64,000 bases of DNA from Dehalococcoidia bacterium (lineage in GTDB: Bacteria; Chloroflexota; Dehalococcoidia; UBA6926). Below the pieces are notes generated by a model. It worked only from the letters and a program-made list of their open reading frames with translations, was not told the origin of the DNA and did not search any database. The number at the start of each line of letters is the position of its first letter. Within the stretch, counting starts at the first letter, position 1. The stretch covers positions 480,001-544,000 of the forward strand of contig CAXXET010000006.1 in the NCBI GenBank assembly GCA_963666115.2, in the 5' to 3' direction. The position numbers and the translations under genes were made by a program. This document shows positions 38,760 through 47,126 of this stretch, piece by piece.

Positions 38760-41009
38760 GTGACCACAACGTACCGTGAACTCGGCAAATCCGCAGCCCG
38801 CAAAGACGGCCCGGAGAAGGTGACGGGCGGCGCGGAATATACGGTGGACGTGGCCCTGCCGGGGATGCTGTGGGGCAGGGCCCTCCGCAGCCCGTATCCC
38901 CATGCCCGCATCGTCAGCATCGACACCTCACAGGCGGAGGCTCTCCCCGGCGTCCACGCCGTCTTAACCGGAGACCATGACCTTGTTAAAGGAGTCCGCA
39001 TCGGGCGGCGTCTCTATGATGTTCCCGTCCTCGCGCAGGGGACGGCGCTGTTCATCGGTGACAAGGTGGTGGCGGTGGCAGCCGAATCCAAGGACCTGGC
39101 GGACGCCGCTCTCGACCTGATCGAGGTCGAATACGAGGAGTTGCCCGTCGTCGCGGACGTTCGCTCCGCCCGCGCCGGTGACGCCCCCGTGCTCCATCCC
39201 GATCTGAACTCGTATGAAGGGTTGCCCGCGCAGGTCGAAGGGCGGCACCTGAATCTCTTCGCCCACCAGGTGTGGGACAAGGGCGACGTCGAGGCCGGAT
39301 TCGCGGACGCGGACGTGATCGTGGAGGCGGATTACTCGCTCTCCAAGGGACACCAGGCGTATCTTGAGTCGCATAACTGTGTCGTCAAAGCCGAGCCGGA
39401 CGGTCGCGTGGAGATATGGGCCAGCAACAAGGCGCCCTTCAACATGCGGGCGCAGATGGCGCAGGCGTACGGCATCCCCGCCGACTCCATGAAGGTCAAC
39501 CCGACGTATATCGGCGGCGACTTCGGCGGCAAGGGCAGTTCCATGGACGTCCCGCTTGCCTACGCGCTCTCCCGCGCCTCGGGCCGTCCCGTCAAGATGG
39601 TGATGGATTACACGGAGGAGCTGCAGGCGGCGAACCCGCGCCACGGCGGCGAGGTCACGATCCGCGCAGGCGTCAAGCAGGACGGCACGCTGGTCGCGTG
39701 GCGCGCCGAGGCATATTGGAACAGCGGCGCGTACGGTGGATTCAAGCCGGTGCCTACTGCGAACCTCGTCGGTGCGCAGCACCTTGCGGGCGGGCCGTAC
39801 CGCATCCCGCACGTCCGCATCGACTCGTGGCAGGTGTACACCAATTCCGTGCCCGGCGGCCACTACCGCGCGCCGGGCGAGCCGCAGTCCATCTTCGCCG
39901 CGGAATCGCACATGGACTCCCTCGCCCGCGCCATCGGCATGGACCCGCTGGACTTTCGCCTGGCCAACCTGATCGGTGAGGGCGAGGAGACGCCGACGGG
40001 CCATCACTTCGTTGACCTGCGGGCGCGCGAGACGCTGGCGGCGGCGGTGGACGCGGCAGGCTATCACGCCCCCAAGCCGCCGCATGTGGGGCGCGGGATG
40101 GCGATGGCGGACCACGGCGCGCCGGGCGGTGAGACGCACGCGACCGTGACCGTGCTGGATTCCGGCGACGTGACGGTTGAGACGCCGCTGTTTGAGCAGG
40201 GTGCGGGGCAGTACACGATCCTGGCGCAGGTGGTCAGCGAGGAGATCGGCGTGCCCATCGAGCGGATCAGCGTCGTGCCGCGCGATACGGACAGCGTGTC
40301 GTTTGATTCCGGCATCGGCGGCAGCCACACAACGCGCCTGATCACCGTCGCCGGCCATGAGGCAGGCTCGCTGGCGCGTCAGCAGCTGCAACGCCTTGCA
40401 GCGGAACTCCTGGGCTGGAACGAGGAATCCATCACCGCCGAAAACGGCAAGCTAATCCACAACGAGGACTCCATAGAAATAGCAGACCTCGTCGCCCGCG
40501 CCGGCGCCCCCGTCGTCGCCCGCGGCCACGTCCAGGACACCTCCCCCTCCCCCATGACGTCGTTCGGGGCGCAGATCGCAGAAGTCCGCGTAGACCCGGA
40601 CACAGGACAGGTAACGCTCGAAAAATTCACCACGGCCCACGACGTGGGCACCATCATCAACCCGGTCTCGCACCAGGGCCAGTTGGAGGGCGGCGTCGTC
40701 CAGGCCATCGGCTTCACCCTGATGGAGGCCCTGGAAGTGGACGAAAGCGGCCGCGTAGCAAACCCGTCCCTCGCGGAGTTCAAGATCCCAACGGCCAGCG
40801 ATCTCCCCGAATTGCAAACCGTCCTCGTCGAAGCCCCAAGCGGCTCCGGCCCCTACAACATCAAATCCGCAGGCGAAAGCTCAAACACCCCAACCGCCGC
40901 CGCAATAGCAAACGCCATAGAAGACGCCGCCGGCGCCCGCATCCGGAACCTCCCCATAACAGCAGAGGCGGTATACAGGGCGCTGCGCCCTTCGACAGGC
41001 TCAGGGTGA
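38760..41009 (+). CDS. Xanthine dehydrogenase/CoxL-family molybdopterin-binding subunit
   Basis: RSPYPHARI, IGGDFGGK, YRAPG, AHDVG..INP and GQLEGG motifs. Confidence 0.92.
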   Translation: MTTTYRELGKSAARKDGPEKVTGGAEYTVDVALPGMLWGRALRSPYPHARIVSIDTSQAEALPGVHAVLTGDHDLVKGVRIGRRLYDVPVLAQGTALFIGDKVVAVAAESKDLADAALDLIEVEYEELPVVADVRSARAGDAPVLHPDLNSYEGLPAQVEGRHLNLFAHQVWDKGDVEAGFADADVIVEADYSLSKGHQAYLESHNCVVKAEPDGRVEIWASNKAPFNMRAQMAQAYGIPADSMKVNPTYIGGDFGGKGSSMDVPLAYALSRASGRPVKMVMDYTEELQAANPRHGGEVTIRAGVKQDGTLVAWRAEAYWNSGAYGGFKPVPTANLVGAQHLAGGPYRIPHVRIDSWQVYTNSVPGGHYRAPGEPQSIFAAESHMDSLARAIGMDPLDFRLANLIGEGEETPTGHHFVDLRARETLAAAVDAAGYHAPKPPHVGRGMAMADHGAPGGETHATVTVLDSGDVTVETPLFEQGAGQYTILAQVVSEEIGVPIERISVVPRDTDSVSFDSGIGGSHTTRLITVAGHEAGSLARQQLQRLAAELLGWNEESITAENGKLIHNEDSIEIADLVARAGAPVVARGHVQDTSPSPMTSFGAQIAEVRVDPDTGQVTLEKFTTAHDVGTIINPVSHQGQLEGGVVQAIGFTLMEALEVDESGRVANPSLAEFKIPTASDLPELQTVLVEAPSGSGPYNIKSAGESSNTPTAAAIANAIEDAAGARIRNLPITAEAVYRALRPSTGSG

Positions 41010-41029
41010 GCGGAATGGTGTCAGGGTGA
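40988..41029 (+). repeat. Left direct repeat (family A REP plus extension) flanking the PaREP1-like gene
   Basis: CCCTTCGACAGGCTCAGGGTGAGCGGAATGGTGTCAGGGTGA. Confidence 0.85.
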
Positions 41030-41404
41030 AGCCAGCCGCTCAGCTTCCGTTACGTAGTCCGCAGTCTCGCGGACCAGGCGGCTAATATCCTCCGGGTCAT
41101 AATGATCGTGGTAGAAACAGTCGCCGTGCAGTGCTTCCTGCCGGTCAAAGTAGCGGAGGCGGAGTTCCGACACTGACTGGTCCTTCACGGATAGCATCCG
41201 AAGCCGGCGGCCGGCGTCGGTGGACTTTCCCGGCTCCTCCCCCGTGCGGGCAAGAACCAGCGCCTCCGTCGCGCGCATGGTGGCGCACCACGCCTTCTCC
41301 GCCGCGTCCCGGATATCGCCGGCGGCCATGCGCTCAAAGGCGGCGTCCCGCATTAGGCGGGCATCCGCGAATATGCTTGCCGCGTCGGCCTCAATTGTTG
41401 CCAT
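41021..41404 (-). CDS. PaREP1/HEPN-like protein
   Basis: GDIRDAAEKAWCA and LHGDCFY motifs; extended -10 TGGTATAGT and SD GGAG upstream. Confidence 0.75.
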   Translation of the reverse strand: MATIEADAASIFADARLMRDAAFERMAAGDIRDAAEKAWCATMRATEALVLARTGEEPGKSTDAGRRLRMLSVKDQSVSELRLRYFDRQEALHGDCFYHDHYDPEDISRLVRETADYVTEAERLASP

Positions 41405-41435
41405 GGGTTACTCCAAAAGCACTATACCACGCCAC

Positions 41436-41478
41436 CCCTTCGACAGGCTCAGGGTGACCGGAATGGTGTCCAGGGTGA
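41436..41478 (+). repeat. Right direct repeat flanking the PaREP1-like gene
   Basis: CCCTTCGACAGGCTCAGGGTGACCGGAATGGTGTCCAGGGTGA. Confidence 0.85.
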
Positions 41479-41491
41479 GCGGGAGTGTGCG

Positions 41492-42817
41492 CTATTCAGG
41501 CGTGCCCTCGTCCGCTCCCCGCCGCCGCATGATCAGGTACGCCCCCGCTCCCAGCAGGGCCAGCACGACCAGCCCGCCTACTATCGCGCCCGCGCCCAGT
41601 ACGCCGTCGCCAGGCTCAGGCGTGGCGGTGGGCGGCGGCGGGGGCGTTGCCGTCGGGGCAGGAGTCGGCGTATTCGTCGGCTCCGGTGTTGCCGTCGGCT
41701 CCGGTGTGGGCGTCGGCGTATTCGTGGGCACCGGCGGCGGCGGTGTTGCCGTGGGCCGTGGTGTCGCTGTGGGCGTCGCCGTGGGCCGTGGTATCGCCGT
41801 GGCCTCCGGCGTCGGTGTTGCCGTCGGCTCGAATACCGGGATAACCGTGATCCGCAAAGTCTGCTTCGCCGTGTGCAGGACGCCGTCGATCACGCCGCTC
41901 GCGGTCACCGTGATAGTCGTGTTGCCTTCGCTCCTGGCGATGATGCGCAGCCGTGTTGCTCCCTGGAGACGCACTTCGGCAATCGCAGGACGGGCCGACA
42001 CTGCGTCGTATGTCGCCTTCGCACCGGCCGGTTCCACCGTGAACCCCTGGTCGATGTTGTCAACGAACCGGAGGCCTCCCACTTCCAGTGTTCCCACGCG
42101 GGGATTCCAGTCGCTGTTCGCGGTGATGCTGCTCACCGGCACGTCCACGGGCCCCGGGCTCGGGAGGGCGGGCAAACTGAAGCTGACGCTGCTCAGCGCG
42201 GTTCCGTCACAGTTCGTGCCCAGCCACCAGGAGAATGTGTAATCGTAGCCCGGCGTCAGATCGGTGAGCGGCGCGCGGTCCGCGTTATAGACCGTCGTGC
42301 AGGACCCCGCGCCAGGCGCCGTTTGGCGATACGACCAATCGGTGGCAGTGCTGGTGATGCCCAATGTCGCCGTGGTTTCTTCGATATCGAAGGCGGTCAG
42401 CCTGTACGTGGTGAAGGTAATGATGTCGTTTATGGGGCCGCAATCGCTGTGGGCGTATATCGTGTAGGTGTAGGTGGTTCCCGGCGTCAAGCCCGTGAGA
42501 TGCGCCGCGGGATTCGTGAAGCCGGTGCGGATGGTTGTGCAGGCAGTGTCCGGTCCCTTGTCGGCCGCGTACCACCACTCGAAGATGTTCGGCTGGTCGG
42601 TGATACGCAGTGTTGCGGTGGTTTCCGTGATGTCTTCCACGACAACGGGGTCTTGTTGCGCCTCTGTGGGCGCGGCGCCGAGGGCCTGGATGCTGAGGAA
42701 AGCGGCAAGGACGGCGATCAACCAAAAGATGGCGTATCGTCCGCCGGGCCGGGATAAAGCAAACCGGCCCCTACCCGAACCGCGTGGTAAACCCCGGTGG
42801 TCAGATCGATTTTTCAT
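41492..42817 (-). CDS. Surface protein: signal peptide, 2 FN3-like repeats, Ig-like domain, PT stalk, C-terminal TM anchor
   Basis: TTATL..W.Y..C...LTGLTPGTTYTY..C repeats; PTATP repeats; GAGAYLIMRRR. Confidence 0.82.
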   Translation of the reverse strand: MKNRSDHRGLPRGSGRGRFALSRPGGRYAIFWLIAVLAAFLSIQALGAAPTEAQQDPVVVEDITETTATLRITDQPNIFEWWYAADKGPDTACTTIRTGFTNPAAHLTGLTPGTTYTYTIYAHSDCGPINDIITFTTYRLTAFDIEETTATLGITSTATDWSYRQTAPGAGSCTTVYNADRAPLTDLTPGYDYTFSWWLGTNCDGTALSSVSFSLPALPSPGPVDVPVSSITANSDWNPRVGTLEVGGLRFVDNIDQGFTVEPAGAKATYDAVSARPAIAEVRLQGATRLRIIARSEGNTTITVTASGVIDGVLHTAKQTLRITVIPVFEPTATPTPEATAIPRPTATPTATPRPTATPPPPVPTNTPTPTPEPTATPEPTNTPTPAPTATPPPPPTATPEPGDGVLGAGAIVGGLVVLALLGAGAYLIMRRRGADEGTPE

Positions 42818-42896
42818 GCACGCTATTCAACTTTCCCGCAGCCGCGCTCTGCGTATTAAGTCTAGCAGAGGGGGCAACGGGGCTTTTTCAGAGGGC

Positions 42897-42922
42897 TGGC
42901 TCCCGCTTTCACGGGAAAAACG
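42897..42922 (-). repeat. Degenerate CGTC-type REP copy
   Basis: CGTTTTTCCCGTGAAAGCGGGAGCCA, similar to the 22447-22472 element. Confidence 0.6.
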
Positions 42923-42935
42923 CAGGGCGGCGGCG

Positions 42936-44222
42936 CTATTCGGGCGTGCCGGCTTCTGTGCCGCGCCGCCGCATGATCAGGTACGCCCCCGCTCCCAGGA
43001 TGGCCAGGATGACCAGCCCGCCGATGATCGCGCCCGCGCCTATCCCGCCCTCAGGCTCGGGCGTGGCGGTGGGCGGCGGCGGGGGTGTTGCCGTCGCGGT
43101 GGCCGTCGGCTCCGGCATCGGCGTCGGGGTGGCCGTCGGCTCCGGCATCGGTGTCGGCGTATTCGTGGGCACCGGCGGCGGCGGGGTTGCCGTGGGCCGC
43201 GGCGTCGCCGTGGGCGTCGCTGTCGGCGCCGGGATTGCCGTGGCCTCAGGCGTCGGCTCAGGTGTCGGCTCGACGTCCGATGGCGCCACGCGAACCGTAA
43301 ACATCTGCGTATCGGTATGCAGGACGCCGTCGATCACGGCCGTCGCGGTCACAGTAATGGTCGTTCTGCCCTCGCCCACAGGCCGCACGCGCAGCGTCGT
43401 TGCGCCCATGAGCATGACACTGGCGACGTTAGACTGGGCTGACGCAACCTCGTATGTCGCCTTCGCTCCGGCAGGTTCAACAATGAAACCGTCGTCGATA
43501 TTCTCAAGGAAGAACGCCGAACTGCCCTCCTGGCGATAAGGCACGTTAGGACTCCAGTCGCTGTTCGCCGTCAGGCTGCTCGGCGGAACATCCACCGGTG
43601 TTGGCGCCGCCGGAACGCCGGACGTCGTGAAGCTGACGCTGCTCAGGGTGCTGTCGGTGCATCCCTTGCCCAGCCACCATGAGTAGTTGTAGTCGGTGGC
43701 AGCAGACAGGCCGGTGAGCGTCGTGCGGTCATTGTTGAAGACCGTCGTGCAGGTCGTTGACCCGGGCGCGGTCTCCCGGTACGACCAATCGGTCGCGGCG
43801 CCCGTGATGCCCAGCTTGGCCGTTTTGTCTCCAATCTCAAAGGCGGTGAGCTTGTACGTCGTGAACGTTACCGGGTCTTCGATTATCCCTGCGCAGCCTT
43901 CGGAGACGAATACCGAATACGTGTAGGTGACTCCGGGCGTCAGGCCGGTGAGCTTCGCCGGCGGGTTCATGTCGCCGGTGCGGGCGCTCACACAACTCGT
44001 GTGCGGGCCCTTGTTGGCGCTGTACGACCATACCGCGCTCGCGTGGTTGTCCAGGCGAAGTGTCGCCGTCGTTTCCGCAATGTCTTCGATGATTATTTGC
44101 GTGCCCTGTGCGCTGGCAGGCGCTGCGGTGAGGGCCTGGATGCTGAGGATGGCGGCAAGGACGGCGGCGAGGCCAACGATGATAAAAAGTGACAAAACCG
44201 GGGGGTGACGCTGATTATTCAT
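42936..44222 (-). CDS. Paralogous surface protein (FN3-like x2, Ig-like, PT stalk, TM anchor)
   Basis: Co-linear similarity with 41492..42817 (e.g. LTAF, TANSDW, VEPAGAKATY, IDGVLHT). Confidence 0.85.
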   Translation of the reverse strand: MNNQRHPPVLSLFIIVGLAAVLAAILSIQALTAAPASAQGTQIIIEDIAETTATLRLDNHASAVWSYSANKGPHTSCVSARTGDMNPPAKLTGLTPGVTYTYSVFVSEGCAGIIEDPVTFTTYKLTAFEIGDKTAKLGITGAATDWSYRETAPGSTTCTTVFNNDRTTLTGLSAATDYNYSWWLGKGCTDSTLSSVSFTTSGVPAAPTPVDVPPSSLTANSDWSPNVPYRQEGSSAFFLENIDDGFIVEPAGAKATYEVASAQSNVASVMLMGATTLRVRPVGEGRTTITVTATAVIDGVLHTDTQMFTVRVAPSDVEPTPEPTPEATAIPAPTATPTATPRPTATPPPPVPTNTPTPMPEPTATPTPMPEPTATATATPPPPPTATPEPEGGIGAGAIIGGLVILAILGAGAYLIMRRRGTEAGTPE

Positions 44223-44300
44223 GGGCGCTATTCAACTCTCTTCTGCAGCCGCGCTCTGCGTTTCATGCGTGTTAAGTGTACCAGAGGGGGGCAACGGGGC

Positions 44301-44337
44301 AGAAAGAACGAGGGGGTGCGCGTCGCGCACCCCCTCG
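44301..44337 (-). terminator. Intrinsic terminator after the third surface-protein gene
   Basis: CGAGGGGGTGCG-loop-CGCACCCCCTCG then TTCTTTCT on minus strand. Confidence 0.75.
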
Positions 44338-44359
44338 CTGGTGTCGGGTTTAAGCCGGG

Positions 44360-45520
44360 TTAGCGGAGGTTTTGGTCTCCGTTTGTTGCGTCATCGTCAC
44401 CGTCGCCGCCCTCGGTATCATCGACGCCGTCATCGTCCCCGGCGTCATCGCCTGCGGGCGAATCGTCCAGGCTGTTTGCGGGGGCGCCGTCCGGGCCGTT
44501 CCCGCCGCCTCCGCGCCGCTGTAGCAGGAAGTACGCGCCTGCGCCGATGATGGCCAGGATGATGAGTCCGATGATGATCGCGCTGAGGCCGATCCCGCCT
44601 ACTTCAGGCTCAGTGGGCGTCGCCGTCGGCGGCACGGGTGTCGCGGTTGGCACAGGTGTCGCGGTCGGCGGCACGGGTGTTGCGGTCGGCGGCACGGGTG
44701 TTGCCGTGGGGACTTCAGGTGTCGGGGTTGGCGGCACGGGCGTCGGGGTTGGCGGCACGGGCGTCGCGGTTGGCGGGATAGGCGTGGCCGTCGGCGGGAC
44801 GGGTGTGGCCGTTGGAGGGACGTACTCGCCGGAAACGCGAACCTTGACGGTGCTCATTGCCGACGCGCCGCGATCCGGGTCTGCCGTGATCGTCAGTGTG
44901 GTCTTACCCTCGTCGGCGCCGACAAGCCTGGCATTCGAGCCGGTGATAACCGGCCTGGCGACGACCTGTTGATTGCCGACCGTGACAGTGTAGGTAACTG
45001 CCGTATCTGAATCATGGATGGAGAAGTACTGTGAGAGGTCTATGTTCCTGGCGCTGTCGGCGCCGAGGGCGATATCCCGCGGCATCGCGGCGGCGGTTAC
45101 GTTCGCCTTCGCCATTACCTCAATCGTGGCGGTATCGGAGTCGCCGACGCCGATGGTGAGCGTGTAGGTTGTGCCGCCCATCAACTCCTTGCCTGCCGCA
45201 AGAGTGAGATTGCGAGAGCCTATGTCGTCTGTGTCTCCCAGGGCGAACGTTCCCGCATCGTCCCCTGTCAATGTTGCGCCAAGCGGCATGCCCTGCGCCT
45301 TGGGAGTCAGAATCGCGATGGTGCTGCCCGCGCCGGTGTTGTCCAGGACGGAGACTTTGCAGGTCCCGTCGGCTTCTATCGAGCACGGTGTCGGTGTCCC
45401 GTGCGTTGCCGCTGCGGATGGCGTGGCGGCTGGGGCCTGGAAGGCAAAGAATGCGGCGGCGAGGGCCGCGAAAGCGAGGATGAGATAGCGGGTGGCCGGG
45501 TGTTTGAGTTCAATCTTCAT
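44360..45520 (-). CDS. Surface protein with cadherin/Ig-like domains, long (V/I)PPTATP stalk, TM anchor and acidic tail
   Basis: Signal peptide; LTGDDAGTF and IDLSQYF motifs; tandem 21-nt PPTATPV-type repeats; [12 protein letters not shown]; SD AAGGA. Confidence 0.82.
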   Translation of the reverse strand: MKIELKHPATRYLILAFAALAAAFFAFQAPAATPSAAATHGTPTPCSIEADGTCKVSVLDNTGAGSTIAILTPKAQGMPLGATLTGDDAGTFALGDTDDIGSRNLTLAAGKELMGGTTYTLTIGVGDSDTATIEVMAKANVTAAAMPRDIALGADSARNIDLSQYFSIHDSDTAVTYTVTVGNQQVVARPVITGSNARLVGADEGKTTLTITADPDRGASAMSTVKVRVSGEYVPPTATPVPPTATPIPPTATPVPPTPTPVPPTPTPEVPTATPVPPTATPVPPTATPVPTATPVPPTATPTEPEVGGIGLSAIIIGLIILAIIGAGAYFLLQRRGGGGNGPDGAPANSLDDSPAGDDAGDDDGVDDTEGGDGDDDATNGDQNLR

Positions 45521-45703
45521 GGACGCTGTATATTCCTTTCCGCAGCCGCGTTGTGTGGTCTTGGTTGGCAGGACGTGGCCTGACAACTCGCCTCCCCCGC
45601 GTGCGGGGCGCGCAAGCGCCCACGCGCGGTCATGCAGGGATTGCATGACCCTTGTCCGTAGGATTGTAGCAAGTATGGGCGGCGCTAGCAATAGCGGGGT
45701 GCG

Positions 45704-46546
45704 TTACAGCGCCTGCCAGTGGCGCTTGTTGTTCACGCGGATGACGCGCCCGATGTTGGAGCCGACGGGCATGTGGCCCGATGCGACGATGAGCCCCTCA
45801 TCCTCAAGACGCTGAACAAGCGATGCCCGCGTCTGCGCGGCGAGCGGCTTGTCAACGTCAAACCCGACGTTCCATGACGTTTCCGTTAACTGCGCGGCGG
45901 TGTGGAAGGCGTCGCCGATGATAATTGCCTTCTCGCCGCCGGAGCTGATGAGGAAGCACTGGTGGCCGGGCGTGTGGCCCGGCGTCACGAGCGTGGTGAT
46001 CTCGTCCGTGATCGCCTCGCCGTCGCCGACGATCTCCAGCGCGTTGAAGTCCTGGAGGGGGATGATGTTGTTCTCCACGTGGGGGGAGTTGGGGAGGACG
46101 TCCGCAGAGGTAAAATAGTCCCAGTCGCCCTGCGGGATGCTGTAGGCGGCGTTGGGGAACGTGGGGCGGGGAGTGTCGCCGTCCCACGTGACGTTCCAGC
46201 CGACGTGGTCGCCGTGCAAGTGGGTAATGAGGACGCGCGAGATGTCGTCCGCGTCGATGCCCGCGCCGTTGAGCTGGTCCATGAGTTGGCCGCCGATGCC
46301 GCCCATCGCCTCATGGGGCCCGCGCCCAAGGCCCGTATCGACGAGCATCGTCTGCCCGCGTGAGCGCAGCGCGAAAAATCCCATCTGGAAAGGAAGCTGC
46401 CCATAAGGCGTCAGCGTATCCTTATAAGCGTCCCACGCCGAGGCAGGAACATCAGGAAACACCATCCCAGTATCCCGAGGCGCCGGCCCAATATCAACAA
46501 ACGCAAGAATTTGGACGTTGCCGATAGAAATCGTCGTGGACGTCAT
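45704..46546 (-). CDS. MBL-fold metallo-hydrolase (YtnP/lactonase-like)
   Basis: LVDTG, THLHGDHVG, TPGHTPGH and GDAFH motifs. Confidence 0.9.
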   Translation of the reverse strand: MTSTTISIGNVQILAFVDIGPAPRDTGMVFPDVPASAWDAYKDTLTPYGQLPFQMGFFALRSRGQTMLVDTGLGRGPHEAMGGIGGQLMDQLNGAGIDADDISRVLITHLHGDHVGWNVTWDGDTPRPTFPNAAYSIPQGDWDYFTSADVLPNSPHVENNIIPLQDFNALEIVGDGEAITDEITTLVTPGHTPGHQCFLISSGGEKAIIIGDAFHTAAQLTETSWNVGFDVDKPLAAQTRASLVQRLEDEGLIVASGHMPVGSNIGRVIRVNNKRHWQAL

Positions 46547-46576
46547 GATGCCTTCTTCCCGATGCGCCCTCATGAG

Positions 46577-46789
46577 CTAGGCGTAATAGAGGCGGTCGCC
46601 CTTCGGTTGGGGCACCTCCGCCCCGTCCTCACGCGCGGTATCGATCCAGAACTCCATGGCCTCGGTGATGCTCTTGAGCGCCTCCTCATAGGTATCGCCG
46701 TGTGCCATGCAGCCGGGTAGTTCCGGCACGTCGGCGATATAGACCTCGTCCACGTTGCTCCAGTAGATGATGATCTCATATTGCAGCAC
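46577..46789 (-). CDS. hicB: HicB family antitoxin (short)
   Basis: VPELPGCMAHGDTYEEAL motif. Confidence 0.9.
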   Translation of the reverse strand: MLQYEIIIYWSNVDEVYIADVPELPGCMAHGDTYEEALKSITEAMEFWIDTAREDGAEVPQPKGDRLYYA

Positions 46790-47046
46790 TACTCACCTCC
46801 AAACAGGCCGCTCTCTATGATAGCGTCCCTAACCTGGCGCACCTGGTACCCTTTCGCTTGCCCACCCAATCGCTGGATATTGATCCGACCGGCGAAGTCG
46901 CTTCTTGTGAATATGTGGTGACTCCCCCTGATTCGCTCTCTGAATCCGTGGCGGCGCAGGAACGTGCGGAGGTCATCGAACCGCATGTTGTTGTCGGATC
47001 GCCCACTGAGAATCCTACGCCCTATCCTGTCGTCTCCGTTCACCAC
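46789..47046 (-). CDS. hicA: HicA family toxin
   Basis: GSHHIF and AKGYQVRQV motifs. Confidence 0.85.
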   Translation of the reverse strand: MVNGDDRIGRRILSGRSDNNMRFDDLRTFLRRHGFRERIRGSHHIFTRSDFAGRINIQRLGGQAKGYQVRQVRDAIIESGLFGGE

Positions 47047-47126
47047 TGTATGGTAGCGCGTTAAGAGGTGGGGTGTAAGGGCGTCCTCGGTGCTATACTT
47101 GCGGACATGATGCGGGTGTGGACCGG

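Noticed and set aside
38760-41009. Aerobic CO dehydrogenase coxL
   Set aside because: Lacks AYxCSFR and has no coxMS or accessory genes
44610-44820. Non-coding tandem repeat or CRISPR
   Set aside because: The 21-nt units are in-frame codons for the PPTATPV stalk
38677-47046. tRNA-Asn-anchored genomic island
   Set aside because: No integrase and no duplicated tRNA 3' end (att site) found; the same applies to tRNA-Gly and ssrA
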